Notes: a model not told the origin generated them from the letters alone. Shown: positions 38,433-47,761, counted from the first letter of the stretch. The stretch is 64,000 nt of DNA from Bacteroidota bacterium (GCA_016195025.1 JACQAL010000042.1:16925-80924); one strand, 5' to 3'. A program made the numbers and translations.

Positions 38433-38637
38433 GCGGGGAGCAATTATACTGAACGAACATTAGTTTGCAAAAAATCAATGAGTCAGCAATCCACAGTCAT
38501 CAGTCGGCAATTGCTGACTGCTCCGAACAAAGTTAACTCGTCTCCGACTTGTCGGAGCGGTGCCGTATTCCATCGGACCGACTGCCAACTGCCTGCTATT
38601 TACCATTAATCTCTATTTTCTGAAAAGCCCCAAGGGC

Positions 38638-38668
38638 TTTGCATTGTTATTTCTCCGTTTTATATTTG
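38638..38668 (+). promoter_or_regulatory. Bacteroidetes-type sigma-A promoter (-33 TTTG / -7 TAnnTTTG)
   Basis: TTTG at 38638-38641, a 19-nt spacer, then TATATTTG at 38661-38668, ~30 nt upstream of the ATG at 38698. Confidence 0.55.
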
Positions 38669-38697
38669 CCGCTTTATTATAAAATGCAGGAATAAAC

Positions 38698-39120
38698 ATG
38701 CAGGTTATTTATAAGGGCAAACTAAAAGATACAACAAGAGAAATGAATGCTATTTTTCAAGAGCAGAAGTATGCTTTCCACACGCAGAAAGACATTTTCC
38801 ACGAGCAGAAAGATGCTTTCCACACGCAGAAAGATGCTTTCCACGAGCAGAAAGACACTTTCCACACGCAGAAAGACGCTTTTCACGAGCAGAAAGATGC
38901 TTTCCACATGCTGTTGGATGCTTTCCACGAGCAGAAAGTATCTTTCCACACGCAGAAAGACGCTTTCCACGAGCAGAAAGTATCCTTCCACACGCAGAAA
39001 GACATTTTCCACGAGCAGAAAGATGCTTTCCACATGCTGGTGGATGCTTTCCACGAGCAGAAAGATACCATCAGCATTCGGATGAATTCCCTGATAAGAA
39101 TGATTCTTCAAAAACAATAG
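38698..39120 (+). CDS. tandem-heptad (HEQKDAF/HTQKDAF)x15 repeat protein, hypothetical
   Basis: 140-aa ORF with a non-repetitive N-terminal (MQVIYKGKLKDTTREMNAIFQ) and C-terminal tail (ISIRMNSLIRMILQKQ). Preceded by a canonical promoter. All other frames are also open across the repeat. Confidence 0.4.
   Translation: MQVIYKGKLKDTTREMNAIFQEQKYAFHTQKDIFHEQKDAFHTQKDAFHEQKDTFHTQKDAFHEQKDAFHMLLDAFHEQKVSFHTQKDAFHEQKVSFHTQKDIFHEQKDAFHMLVDAFHEQKDTISIRMNSLIRMILQKQ
38758..39072. repeat. 15 x 21-bp tandem repeat (alternating CACGAGCAGAAAGATGCTTTC / CACACGCAGAAAGACGCTTTC)
   Basis: Directly visible. 42-bp higher-order periodicity. Each unit contains the small palindrome GAAAGAnGCTTTC. Confidence 0.95.
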
Positions 39121-39151
39121 ACATTATTCAAAATAAGAAACTATGTGTATG

Positions 39152-39230
39152 TTGTCATTTCGACCGAAGGGAGAAATCTCCTCATTCAGGGGGAGATTTC
39201 TCACCCTCAAAGCAGGGTTCGAAATGACAA
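39152..39230. terminator. large imperfect hairpin (12-bp + 10-bp stems with an internal side hairpin) downstream of the repeat ORF
   Basis: TTGTCATTTCGA...AGAAATCTCC / GGAGATTTCT...TCGAAATGACAA. The right arm has an extra CACCCTcaaagCAGGGT stem-loop. Confidence 0.5.
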
Positions 39231-39322
39231 ACCTCTATAAATATCTAATCTGAATATAAATATCTAATCTGAATAATGTCTAATCAATAATTCTTACCCA
39301 ATAACCCTTACTCCTTAAAATT

Positions 39323-40012
39323 ATGGCAACAAAAAAAGGAACTAACAAAGTGCAGGTGGTGCTTCCGGTGGAATCAAAAACCAATACCGGCATTTTCATT
39401 CCCAAGGCACAGCATATTCACGATTTGCTGCAGGGAAACAACAATTTTCCCACTATTCAGAACGACCTTCCGCAACTGCAGGCGGATATAAACCTGCTTA
39501 CTGCCGATGAAGGCGATGTGCTCAACCGCAAGCCGGGCGCAGCGGCTGCTGCCAACGAAAAGAAATTAGAAGTGTATAATCAATTAGACGCCCTGCGCGC
39601 AGTGGTGCAAAAGGTGGTGAACCAGCCCGCAAACATTGCCAACGCAGAGGCAATGGTGGAAGGGGCGGGAATGGAAATAAAAGGAAGAGGTTCAAGAACC
39701 AAAGATGACCTTACCGTGCGCAACGGAGATATGAGCGGCTCGTGCGATTTAATTGCCAAAGCCGCAGCCAAAAAAGCCGCTTACCTCTGGCAGCAAAGCA
39801 CCGATAACATTAACTTTACGTATTGCGACCCCATCTGCACACTCGAAACCAAAAATACGGTGTTTAATCTCGCAGTGAAAACAGATTATTGGTTCCGCTT
39901 CCGCGTCATTCTTCCGGTAAAAGCGAGAAAAAGCAAAACCAGCCGCAAATTGAAAAAAGAAAAAGCAGCCGATGCCGACTGGAGCCAGAGTGTGAAGATT
40001 ACGGTGGTGTAG
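39323..40012 (+). CDS. hypothetical protein
   Basis: 229-aa ORF with good coding look and no recognisable domain. Ala-rich middle, basic C-terminal tail. Confidence 0.5.
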   Translation: MATKKGTNKVQVVLPVESKTNTGIFIPKAQHIHDLLQGNNNFPTIQNDLPQLQADINLLTADEGDVLNRKPGAAAAANEKKLEVYNQLDALRAVVQKVVNQPANIANAEAMVEGAGMEIKGRGSRTKDDLTVRNGDMSGSCDLIAKAAAKKAAYLWQQSTDNINFTYCDPICTLETKNTVFNLAVKTDYWFRFRVILPVKARKSKTSRKLKKEKAADADWSQSVKITVV

Positions 40013-40040
40013 TTACGGATAACTAATCTTTGCGAATCTG

Positions 40041-40101
40041 TCCGATGGAATACGGCACCGCTCCGACAAGTCGGAGACGAGTCAACTTTGTTCGGAGCGA
40101 A
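40041..40101. repeat. dispersed palindromic repeat, family 1 copy (TCCGATGGAATACGG..CTCCGACAAGTCGGAG..AACTTTGTTCGGAGCGAA)
   Basis: Near-identical reverse-complement copy at 38521-38577. Shorter variants at 36303-36342 and, in frame in nuoL, at 6194-6233. Confidence 0.8.
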
Positions 40102-40212
40102 TAACAGCCATTCGCTTCATTCGTCTGCTCATTCGTACTTTCTTGTTTTCCCGCTTTTCTATTTCGTACTTTCGCCTTTTCAATTCTTCCCATAGGGATA
40201 AAATATTTTTCA

Positions 40213-40914
40213 ATGGTTCACGATGCGTGGATTGGCAAATGGGCGTTTCCTTCCGATGACTCCCTGCTGGAGCAAAGCGGACGCAGGGGAGAGCAGTATA
40301 ATTTTGAAAAAATTGCTGCGGATATTATTGATAAAGTCCAGTTTGAGAAAGACGATAGTGTGCTTGATGTTTGCTGCGGAAATGCCGGGCTCACCCGGTA
40401 TATTGCGCGCGCGTGCAAGGAAATTCACGGGGTTGACCATTCGGAACTGCTCATGGATGCTGCCCGTAAACTGGAATTGAAAGAAAATATTTACAACCTG
40501 CGGCTTCATTTCTCCGATGTCATGCTCATTGATAAATTTTTTCCCGAAAACTTTTTTGATAAATCCTATTGCTATTTTTCGTTTCAGTATTTTACTAAAA
40601 GCAAGCGGGAAAAAATTCTGGAGAAACTTTCGCGCGTTACAAAAAATAAAGGATGGATTTTCATAGGAGATGTTCCTGATAAAACCCGGATGTGGAATTA
40701 CTACGAATCTCCTGCAAAGTTTTATCGCGAAAAATTATTTCGTTTCCTCCGCGGAAAAAAAGGCGAATGTTTTCTCGGATGGTGGATTAACCCGAAAGAA
40801 ATTCTCGGCTGGTGCGAAAAAAATAATCTTAACGCATCCATCATTCCGCAGGATGCAACTCTTCCGCACGCCTATTATCGCTTTGATGTGCTGATTCGGA
40901 ACAGCAAGAAATAA
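40213..40914 (+). CDS. class I SAM-dependent methyltransferase
   Basis: Motif I VLDVCCGNAGLT. 233 aa. Confidence 0.8.
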   Translation: MVHDAWIGKWAFPSDDSLLEQSGRRGEQYNFEKIAADIIDKVQFEKDDSVLDVCCGNAGLTRYIARACKEIHGVDHSELLMDAARKLELKENIYNLRLHFSDVMLIDKFFPENFFDKSYCYFSFQYFTKSKREKILEKLSRVTKNKGWIFIGDVPDKTRMWNYYESPAKFYREKLFRFLRGKKGECFLGWWINPKEILGWCEKNNLNASIIPQDATLPHAYYRFDVLIRNSKK

Positions 40915-40944
40915 AGTACGTACAATAAAACAGATTCTTTCTCG

Positions 40945-42489
40945 TTGTGTTTTTTCATGCGTATCGAATATGTTTGCCACTCCTGCCTTTACATAGACAC
41001 GGGCGACACCCAATTGGTGATTGACCCGTGGTTTAAAGGTTCGGCTTATCTCAACCAGTGGCATCTTTTTCCAAAACCTGTGAATACAAAAATGCTGTCC
41101 GATGTAAAACACATTTTCTATTCGCACGGGCATGAAGATCATTTGCACAGCGAATCGCTGGAAGAATTGCCGAACAGCGCGAAAGTTTTTTTTCCTTATC
41201 AGTGGAGAAAAGGCATCAGGAATTTTTTTCACGAAAGAAATTTTTCAAATGTTACGGAAGCGGAAAGTTTCAAAGCATATCAAATTTCCCCCACAACAAA
41301 AATTACTTACATCGGTTTTGGTTTGGAAAGTTTAATCGTGATTGAAATAAAGGATACTGTAATTGTAAATATAAATGATGCATTGAACTCGCATCACCAG
41401 AATGTGACGGCAATGTTTCTCAGAGAAATAAAAAAACGCTGGCCGAAAATTCATTACTTGTTTTCAGGATGGGCGGGAGCGGGATATTTTCCAAACGCAG
41501 TTCACTATAAAACAAAAAATGATGTTGAGATTGCAAAAATCCGCGAGCAGTATTTTGGAAATAATTTTGCAAAGTTCATTCACTATCTTCAGCCCGATGT
41601 TGCAATTCCTTTTGCGCCCGGTTTTGTTTTGCTCTCGCCTGATAAATTATGGATAAACGATGTGAAGTTTCCAAGAACTTATCTTGAACAATACTATAGA
41701 GAAAATTTTGATGCAAACACTTCTGTAAAATTCTACATTCCTAATCCCGGAGATTATTTTGATGAAGATGGATTTCATAATGATTCACCCTATTATGCAT
41801 TGGAAAAGAACGGTTCGCTGAATCATTTGATTCCGGAAATATATTCTGATGAAATGAAGAAGGCAGAAAAAATAATTTACATCAATGAGGATAAGGCAGA
41901 TTTGCTGGTTGAAAAAATTTCTGAGTGCCTCGAGCATACTAAAAATCTTTACGACAAAATTGTTTTAGAGGATGTGGATTTTTCCATTCGCCTGGATGAT
42001 TTGCTTGAGAATAATTATTTCAATGTAAGGTTCGAGAAAAATAAATTCAAAGTGTATAGGTCAGCAGAACCTCAAGGAACAAAACTTCTTATCCGAACAA
42101 AATATTATTTGCTCAAGCATTCTCTTGAAAATTTATGGGGAGGCGATGTGCTTACCATCGGTTATGGTATTGACGTGGATGTTTTCGAAGAAGATGTGCT
42201 GGAAAAAAATATTGACATTGTTTGCGTGCGTTTGCTTGCACGCTATCCGACTACCCTTGAAAGTTTGAGAAAAGATCCGTTTCGCGCGCTGAATTATTTT
42301 GCCAAGCATCCGATGATGTCTGCGCTCGCAATGAAACAAAAATTAATGCTCAAGAGCGCTGTGAATAAATTTCCTTATAACGAGCGCGACCATTGGATTA
42401 GTTACAGCAAATGCGATTTATGCCAGGTTTGCAATATGCCGCTGTTGAGTTTTGAATTCGGGGAAAAGTTAGGCGCTCTTGCTGTTTAG
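40945..42489 (+). CDS. MBL-fold metallo-hydrolase with ~280-aa C-terminal domain of unknown function
   Basis: HxHxDH motif (YSHGHEDHLH) in the N-terminal half. C-terminal half has no recognisable domain and ends with CDLCQVC. Confidence 0.75.
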   Translation: MCFFMRIEYVCHSCLYIDTGDTQLVIDPWFKGSAYLNQWHLFPKPVNTKMLSDVKHIFYSHGHEDHLHSESLEELPNSAKVFFPYQWRKGIRNFFHERNFSNVTEAESFKAYQISPTTKITYIGFGLESLIVIEIKDTVIVNINDALNSHHQNVTAMFLREIKKRWPKIHYLFSGWAGAGYFPNAVHYKTKNDVEIAKIREQYFGNNFAKFIHYLQPDVAIPFAPGFVLLSPDKLWINDVKFPRTYLEQYYRENFDANTSVKFYIPNPGDYFDEDGFHNDSPYYALEKNGSLNHLIPEIYSDEMKKAEKIIYINEDKADLLVEKISECLEHTKNLYDKIVLEDVDFSIRLDDLLENNYFNVRFEKNKFKVYRSAEPQGTKLLIRTKYYLLKHSLENLWGGDVLTIGYGIDVDVFEEDVLEKNIDIVCVRLLARYPTTLESLRKDPFRALNYFAKHPMMSALAMKQKLMLKSAVNKFPYNERDHWISYSKCDLCQVCNMPLLSFEFGEKLGALAV

Positions 42490-42936
42490 AATTTTCCAAA
42501 TCATTTCTGATTCAAACCCGCGTGATAAAAGAAACATCAGTACTTTTCTGATCTTCTCTTTTGAATTTTGAATTTTGACTTCTCTTGATTTCTTATTTAC
42601 GAGATGCTGAATGGTTTTCAAATACTCTTCTTCATTAATTTCTTCCAATGCGTTTTCAATTAAACCGCCTGCAATATTTTTCTTTCTCAATTCCGCTTTT
42701 ATTTTTATTTTTCCCCATCGCTTGATTCTGAATTTTCCTTGAGTAAAAAGTTTCGCGAAGCGTTCTTCCTTCAGGAAGTCATCTTCTTCAAGCGAAGAAA
42801 TAATTTTTGCCGAAGTTTTTTCATCTGCGCCAAGTTCCCTCAACTTCTTTTTTACTTCCTGCCTGCATCGTTCCTGATAAGCGCAAAAGCGTTCGGCTTT
42901 CAGCAAAAGAATTTTTTCGGAAGTTTCTTTTTTCAT
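42469..42936 (-). CDS. recX: recombination regulator RecX
   Basis: 155 aa, three-repeat helical RecX pattern (..A..LL..R..S..EL..KL...G.....I...). Confidence 0.75.
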   Translation of the reverse strand: MKKETSEKILLLKAERFCAYQERCRQEVKKKLRELGADEKTSAKIISSLEEDDFLKEERFAKLFTQGKFRIKRWGKIKIKAELRKKNIAGGLIENALEEINEEEYLKTIQHLVNKKSREVKIQNSKEKIRKVLMFLLSRGFESEMIWKILNSKSA

Positions 42937-43021
42937 CCGTTGCGAAGATACGAAGGACGCTGAAAAGAATTACCTCGCTGCGTTTATATTTTTTACATTT
43001 GTCCTCCTTAAAAATCAAACC

Positions 43022-45196
43022 ATGAAAAACTTTTTTTTCTTTCCGATAGTTGCCGGCACTTCAATTCTGTTTTTGGCTTCGTGCACATCAACCATCAACC
43101 ATCCACCATCAACCATCGCGCATCTTCCCTATCCGCAAACAAAAAAAACGGATACGGTGAATGATTACTTCGGAACAAAAATTGCCGACCCGTACCGTTG
43201 GCTGGAGGATGATAATTCCGATGAAACAAAAAAATGGGTGGAAGAAGAAAACAAAGTCACGTTTGATTACCTGGGAAAAATTCCTTTCCGCCAGCAGATG
43301 AAAGAACGTTTGACACAAGTTTGGAATTATGAAAAGATGACCGCTCCGTTCAGGCGCGGCAACTATTATTTCTTCTATAAGAATGACGGCTTGCAGAATC
43401 AAAGCGTGCTCTATGTGCAGGAAGGATTGACTGGCGCTCCGAAAATTTTAATTGACCCCAACACGCTTTCTGCCGATGGAACACTTGCGCTGAATGGCGT
43501 GAGCATTCGCGAAGACGGAAAATATATTTCGTACAATCTTTCGCAATCGGGTTCCGACTGGAATGATGTGGTTACGATGGAAATTCAAACGCAAAAAGTT
43601 TTACCCGACACGCTTCACTGGGTGAAATTTTCCGGTGCATCGTGGAAGGGCGATGGATTTTATTACAGCACCTATCCCGCGCCCACTTCACATGCGTACT
43701 CAAACAAAAACGAAAACAACAAAGCATTCTTTCATAAACTCGGAACAAAGCAAAGTGAAGACAAAATTATTTATGCCGATGAATCTCATGCCGGCAGGGG
43801 CTGGTCGGTTTCTGCAACCGATGACGGAAAATACATGGGGCTGTGGGGAAGCGAATCTACCAGCGGAAATTCTTTTGCCGTGAAAGAATCTCAGAGCGAG
43901 AAATGGAATTGGGCGGACACTGCCTATAAAAATGAATACAGAATGATTGATGACATAGGCAAAATGCTGCTGGTTCATACTAACGCAAACGCTCCGAAAT
44001 ATCAACTGGTGCTCGTTGACCCGAACAAACCCGACAGCGCGCACTGGAAAAAAATTATTCCCCAGACAAATGATTTGCTCGAAAGCGTTTCGCTTGCAAA
44101 CGGAAAAATTGTCTGCACCTATCTTCACGATGTAATCACCAAGTTGGAAATATTTTCTCTGGACGGAAAAATGGAAAAAGAAATTTCCACTCCTCCGCTG
44201 GGCGTTGCAGGTTTCAGTTCAGATAAAAAGGACTCTGTTGCGTTTTATTCTTTCACCAATTATATAACTCCTTCGCTGATTTACAAGTTCAACATGAATA
44301 ACAATTCTTCGGAAGTTTTCTTCCAGCCGAAAGTGGATTTTGCTTCTGACGAGTACGAGAGCAAGCAGGTTTTTTATCCGAGCAAGGACGGAACAAAAAT
44401 TCCCATGCTCATCACGCACAAGAAAGGAATTGCGCTCGATGGAAATAATCCCTGCTTCCTCTATGGCTATGGCGGATTCAACATCAGCATCACTCCGTAT
44501 TTTGTTACCAACTCGGTTGCGTTTTTGGAAAATGGCGGTGTGTATGCGGTGGCGAATATGCGCGGTGGCGGTGAGTACGGAGAAGAATGGCATAAGGCGG
44601 GAATTAAATGCAACAAGCAAAATGTGTTTGATGATTTTATTTCCGCTGCGGAATATCTGATTAAAGAAAAATATACTTCTTCGCAGAAATTGGCTGTGCA
44701 CGGACGTTCGAATGGCGGACTTCTCATTGGCGCGGTGATGACGCAGCGCCCGGATTTAATGAAAGTGGCATTGCCCGGAGTGGGCGTGCTCGATATGCTT
44801 CGCTATCATAAATTCACCATCGGATATTACTGGGCGAGCGATTATGGAAGAAGCGATAACAAAGAAGAGTTCAATTGCCTGGTAAAATATTCTCCGCTTC
44901 ACAATGTGAAAGAAACGGAATATCCTGCCACCATGGTTCTGACTGGCGACCACGATGACCGCGTGGTGCCTGCGCATTCATTCAAGTTTGCGGCAACACT
45001 CCAGGAAAAAAATAAAAGCAATAACCCGATTCTCATCCGCGTGGATACGAAAGCAGGGCACGGTGCAGGAAAACCCACTGCAAAACAAATTGAAGAATGG
45101 GCGGATGTGTGGAGTTTTGTTTTTTATAATCTGGGAATGGAAATGAAGAGCACAACGCCTGTGCTGAAAGGAGAAGCAAATGCAAAAAAGGAATAA
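43022..45196 (+). CDS. prolyl oligopeptidase (S9A family) lipoprotein
   Basis: N-terminal beta-propeller plus C-terminal alpha/beta hydrolase with GRSNGGLL nucleophile elbow and a catalytic D/H region. Lipobox LASC. The N-terminus contains an in-frame (ATCAACC)n repeat encoding STINHPPSTIA. Confidence 0.9.
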   Translation: MKNFFFFPIVAGTSILFLASCTSTINHPPSTIAHLPYPQTKKTDTVNDYFGTKIADPYRWLEDDNSDETKKWVEEENKVTFDYLGKIPFRQQMKERLTQVWNYEKMTAPFRRGNYYFFYKNDGLQNQSVLYVQEGLTGAPKILIDPNTLSADGTLALNGVSIREDGKYISYNLSQSGSDWNDVVTMEIQTQKVLPDTLHWVKFSGASWKGDGFYYSTYPAPTSHAYSNKNENNKAFFHKLGTKQSEDKIIYADESHAGRGWSVSATDDGKYMGLWGSESTSGNSFAVKESQSEKWNWADTAYKNEYRMIDDIGKMLLVHTNANAPKYQLVLVDPNKPDSAHWKKIIPQTNDLLESVSLANGKIVCTYLHDVITKLEIFSLDGKMEKEISTPPLGVAGFSSDKKDSVAFYSFTNYITPSLIYKFNMNNNSSEVFFQPKVDFASDEYESKQVFYPSKDGTKIPMLITHKKGIALDGNNPCFLYGYGGFNISITPYFVTNSVAFLENGGVYAVANMRGGGEYGEEWHKAGIKCNKQNVFDDFISAAEYLIKEKYTSSQKLAVHGRSNGGLLIGAVMTQRPDLMKVALPGVGVLDMLRYHKFTIGYYWASDYGRSDNKEEFNCLVKYSPLHNVKETEYPATMVLTGDHDDRVVPAHSFKFAATLQEKNKSNNPILIRVDTKAGHGAGKPTAKQIEEWADVWSFVFYNLGMEMKSTTPVLKGEANAKKE

Positions 45197-45222
45197 TGGA
45201 ATAATGGAATGATGGAAGATTG
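45190..45222. repeat. GGAATG-array inverted repeat (left arm) flanking four-helix-bundle gene
   Basis: GGAATAATGGAATAATGGAATGATGG. The reverse complement matches 45655-45688 (CCATCATTCCA....CCATTCCATTATTCC). Similar arrays occur at 30856-30933 and 51269-51332. Confidence 0.8.
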
Positions 45223-45237
45223 AAATACAAATGCAAA

Positions 45238-45654
45238 ATGGCAATTGAAAGGAAAAACATAAACCGCGGATATAAAAAGTTGGAAGTATGGCAAGATGCG
45301 ATTGAACTTTACCTTCTTGCTTGTAAAACATTCTGTAAACTGCCGAATCATTTGATGAAAGTTACTTCTAATTCTATTGATGCTTCGCACAGCATTTCAA
45401 GAAATATAAGTGAAGGGTATTGCCGAAGAGGGCTGACAGAATATCTGAATTTTTTAAATTATTCTCTCGGCTCATGCGGAGAGTTTCATTCTTGTTATTA
45501 CTCATGCTATAAAGCGAAACAGATTTCCGAAAATGAATTTGAAGAATTGGATGCGCTTCATTATAAGGTAGAAAATAAATTAATCAAATTAATAGAATCC
45601 TTGCAACGAAAAAAGAAAAACGGAGAATGGGAAGATAGTTTTGTTGGCAATTAA
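45238..45654 (+). CDS. four-helix-bundle protein (TIGR02436-like, 23S rRNA intervening-sequence protein family)
   Basis: ..GYKKLEVWQ.A.EL.......LP..E...L..QI.RA..SI..NI.EG family pattern. ~139 aa. Confidence 0.75.
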   Translation: MAIERKNINRGYKKLEVWQDAIELYLLACKTFCKLPNHLMKVTSNSIDASHSISRNISEGYCRRGLTEYLNFLNYSLGSCGEFHSCYYSCYKAKQISENEFEELDALHYKVENKLIKLIESLQRKKKNGEWEDSFVGN

Positions 45655-45688
45655 CCATCATTCCAATTTTCCACCATTCCATTATTCC
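45655..45688. repeat. GGAATG-array inverted repeat (right arm)
   Basis: Imperfect reverse complement of 45190-45222. Confidence 0.8.
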
Positions 45689-45694
45689 GATTTC

Positions 45695-47149
45695 ATGACC
45701 GACCAACTAAAACTCCGGTACGTAATGCTCTTCAGCACGCTGTTCATTGTGCTGAATACTTTTTTCATTGCAAAAGAAATGTATTGGTTCATGGTGCTGC
45801 CGGTGCTGCTGCTGGTGGTACTCACTGCATTTGTCGCGCTCGATGTGTTGGTTCTCGTGATTGTTTTTCTCACTCCGCTTTCCATCATTTTGCGTGAAAG
45901 TGATTTTGGCGTGGCAATTTCACTTCCCACCGAGCCGCTGCTCTTTGGCGTAATGCTCATTTATATTCTCCGGTTATTTTACGAGGGAAAAATTGAACGC
46001 AAAATATTTTTTCATCCGGTTACCATTGCCGTTCTCATCAATCTTCTCTGGATGGCATTCACCTGCATCACCAGTTCGCTGCCGATGGTGTCGTGGAAGT
46101 TTTTGCTCTCGCGCTTATGGCTGGTGATTCCGTTTTATTTTGTGGCGCTGCATCTTTTCAGGGAAAAGAAAAATATGCGCAAATATATCTGGCTCTATAT
46201 GATTTCTTTTTCAATTGTAATTATTTACACGCTCATTAATCACGCCATGGATAATTTTGCAGAAGCGCCCGCGCACATTGCCATGACTCCGTTTTACAAC
46301 GACCACACTTCGTATGGAGCCATGCTCGCCATGTATCTTCCTCCGCTGATTCTTTTTTCGTTTGATAAAAATTCACCGAGAGGAATCCGCTACTATGCAT
46401 TTTTCACGCTCTTGCTTTTCATCGCGGGATTAATTTTTTCTTACACGCGCGCGGCATGGCTGAGTTTAATTTTTGCTGCGGGAAGTTTGCTGATTTATTT
46501 ACTGCGCATTCGTTTGATTCCGATTCTGATTGCGCTCGGAGTTCTGATTGTTTTGTTTTTTGTTTACCAGAATGAAATAATGATTTCGCTTCAATCGGGA
46601 AGGTATAAAAATGTGAAGAACCGCGACATTGAACAGCGCCTTCAATCCATTGCCAACGTAACCACCGATGCTTCCAACACCGAGCGTTTCAACCGGTGGG
46701 CTTCGGCAATACGGATGTTCAAACAAAAACCTTTCTTCGGATGGGGACCGGGCACTTACCAGTTTCAATACGCGCCTTTTCAAATCTCCACCGAGAAAAC
46801 ACAAATCTCCACCAACTTCGGAGAAAAAGGAAACGCGCACAGCGAATACATTGGTCCGCTGGCGGAAAGCGGGGTGATTGGAATGCTCGCCATGATTGCA
46901 ATTGTTGTAACCACGCTGCTCACAGCGGCAAAAATAATTTATCATTCACCGGATAAAAAAGCAAGAGTGTTTGCGCTTGCAATTATTCTTGGGCTGATTA
47001 CTTATTTTGTGCACGGCACGCTGAATAATTTTCTGGATACCGACAAAGCATCGGCTCCGTTCTGGGGGTTTATTGCAATGTTAGTGGCGATGGATTCCTA
47101 TGGAGTGGAGATGGATGTAAATACAAAAGGAAATAAAAAGGTAGATTAA
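45695..47149 (+). CDS. O-antigen ligase/polymerase-like (Wzy_C domain) membrane protein
   Basis: ~10-12 TM protein with the Wzy_C hallmark (..YTRAAWLSLIFA..). Start set at MTDQLKLRY. The 3' end was remodelled by insertion of a TA cassette (see direct repeats). Confidence 0.7.
   Translation: MTDQLKLRYVMLFSTLFIVLNTFFIAKEMYWFMVLPVLLLVVLTAFVALDVLVLVIVFLTPLSIILRESDFGVAISLPTEPLLFGVMLIYILRLFYEGKIERKIFFHPVTIAVLINLLWMAFTCITSSLPMVSWKFLLSRLWLVIPFYFVALHLFREKKNMRKYIWLYMISFSIVIIYTLINHAMDNFAEAPAHIAMTPFYNDHTSYGAMLAMYLPPLILFSFDKNSPRGIRYYAFFTLLLFIAGLIFSYTRAAWLSLIFAAGSLLIYLLRIRLIPILIALGVLIVLFFVYQNEIMISLQSGRYKNVKNRDIEQRLQSIANVTTDASNTERFNRWASAIRMFKQKPFFGWGPGTYQFQYAPFQISTEKTQISTNFGEKGNAHSEYIGPLAESGVIGMLAMIAIVVTTLLTAAKIIYHSPDKKARVFALAIILGLITYFVHGTLNNFLDTDKASAPFWGFIAMLVAMDSYGVEMDVNTKGNKKVD
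47005..47084. repeat. direct repeat 1 (~80 bp) flanking DUF433/DUF5615 cassette
   Basis: ggcacgctgaataattttctggataccgacaaagcatcggctccgttctggggg... repeated at 47762-47841 with ~93% identity. Confidence 0.9.
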
Positions 47150-47499
47150 TACTGGCGCTGGCGTATATCATTTTCCTCAATCACAGTAAAGTTTTTTTCA
47201 AGTTTCAACCCGGCTTTTACTGTCAAATCACAGAGAATTTTTCCTGCGAACAGCGGATTATTTCCCTTATACCTAAAAAATACAACTGCCGGAGGATTTG
47301 TTATTCCGAATTTGAAAATTAATTCTCCGTAATCCTTATCAAAGGTCAATATGATTAGATTTTCTTTTATTGCTTTCTGAATAACCTGCTCATCAGAAAT
47401 TCCATTCGATAGTTCGCTGATTGAGAATATAAAATGCCCCTCATTTCTGATAAAAGAAATCGATGGGAAAGGAAAATTTTCGTTTGCCAAAAAATTCAT
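47146..47499 (-). CDS. DUF5615-family PIN-like putative toxin
   Basis: 117 aa. Family pattern ..F.ADENFP...I..LR..GH.I.S...L..G..DE.V...A..E.RI..T.D.DFG.L.. Immediately downstream of the DUF433 gene with a 1-nt overlap. Confidence 0.7.
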   Translation of the reverse strand: MNFLANENFPFPSISFIRNEGHFIFSISELSNGISDEQVIQKAIKENLIILTFDKDYGELIFKFGITNPPAVVFFRYKGNNPLFAGKILCDLTVKAGLKLEKNFTVIEENDIRQRQY

Positions 47500-47729
47500 T
47501 ACGCTCTTTTCAGAGGGAAATATAATTCATGCTGAATGCAATCCTTAAGGTAAGCAAACACTGCTTTTAAATTATTTTCTGTGAGATTAGGATAACTTTC
47601 TAAAATCATTTTCTCTGTCCAGCCCGATGAAAGGAGTTCAAGGATTAACTCAACCGATATTCTTGTTCCTTTTATAGACGGTTTGCCGAGTAAAATATTT
47701 TTTTCAGAAACTATGTGTTCTTGCCAATT
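47499..47729 (-). CDS. DUF433-family putative antitoxin
   Basis: ~76 aa from MNWQEHIV. Conserved ..GKP.I.GTRI.V..IL..L..G.T...IL..YP.LT..DL.A.. pattern. Confidence 0.7.
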   Translation of the reverse strand, partial: NWQEHIVSEKNILLGKPSIKGTRISVELILELLSSGWTEKMILESYPNLTENNLKAVFAYLKDCIQHELYFPLKRA

Positions 47730-47761
47730 CATGAAACAAAAATACAAATAATACATGGCAT

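Noticed and set aside
38758-39072. Possible CRISPR array
   Set aside because: The units are contiguous 21-bp tandem repeats with no unique spacers and no cas genes nearby, so this is not CRISPR.
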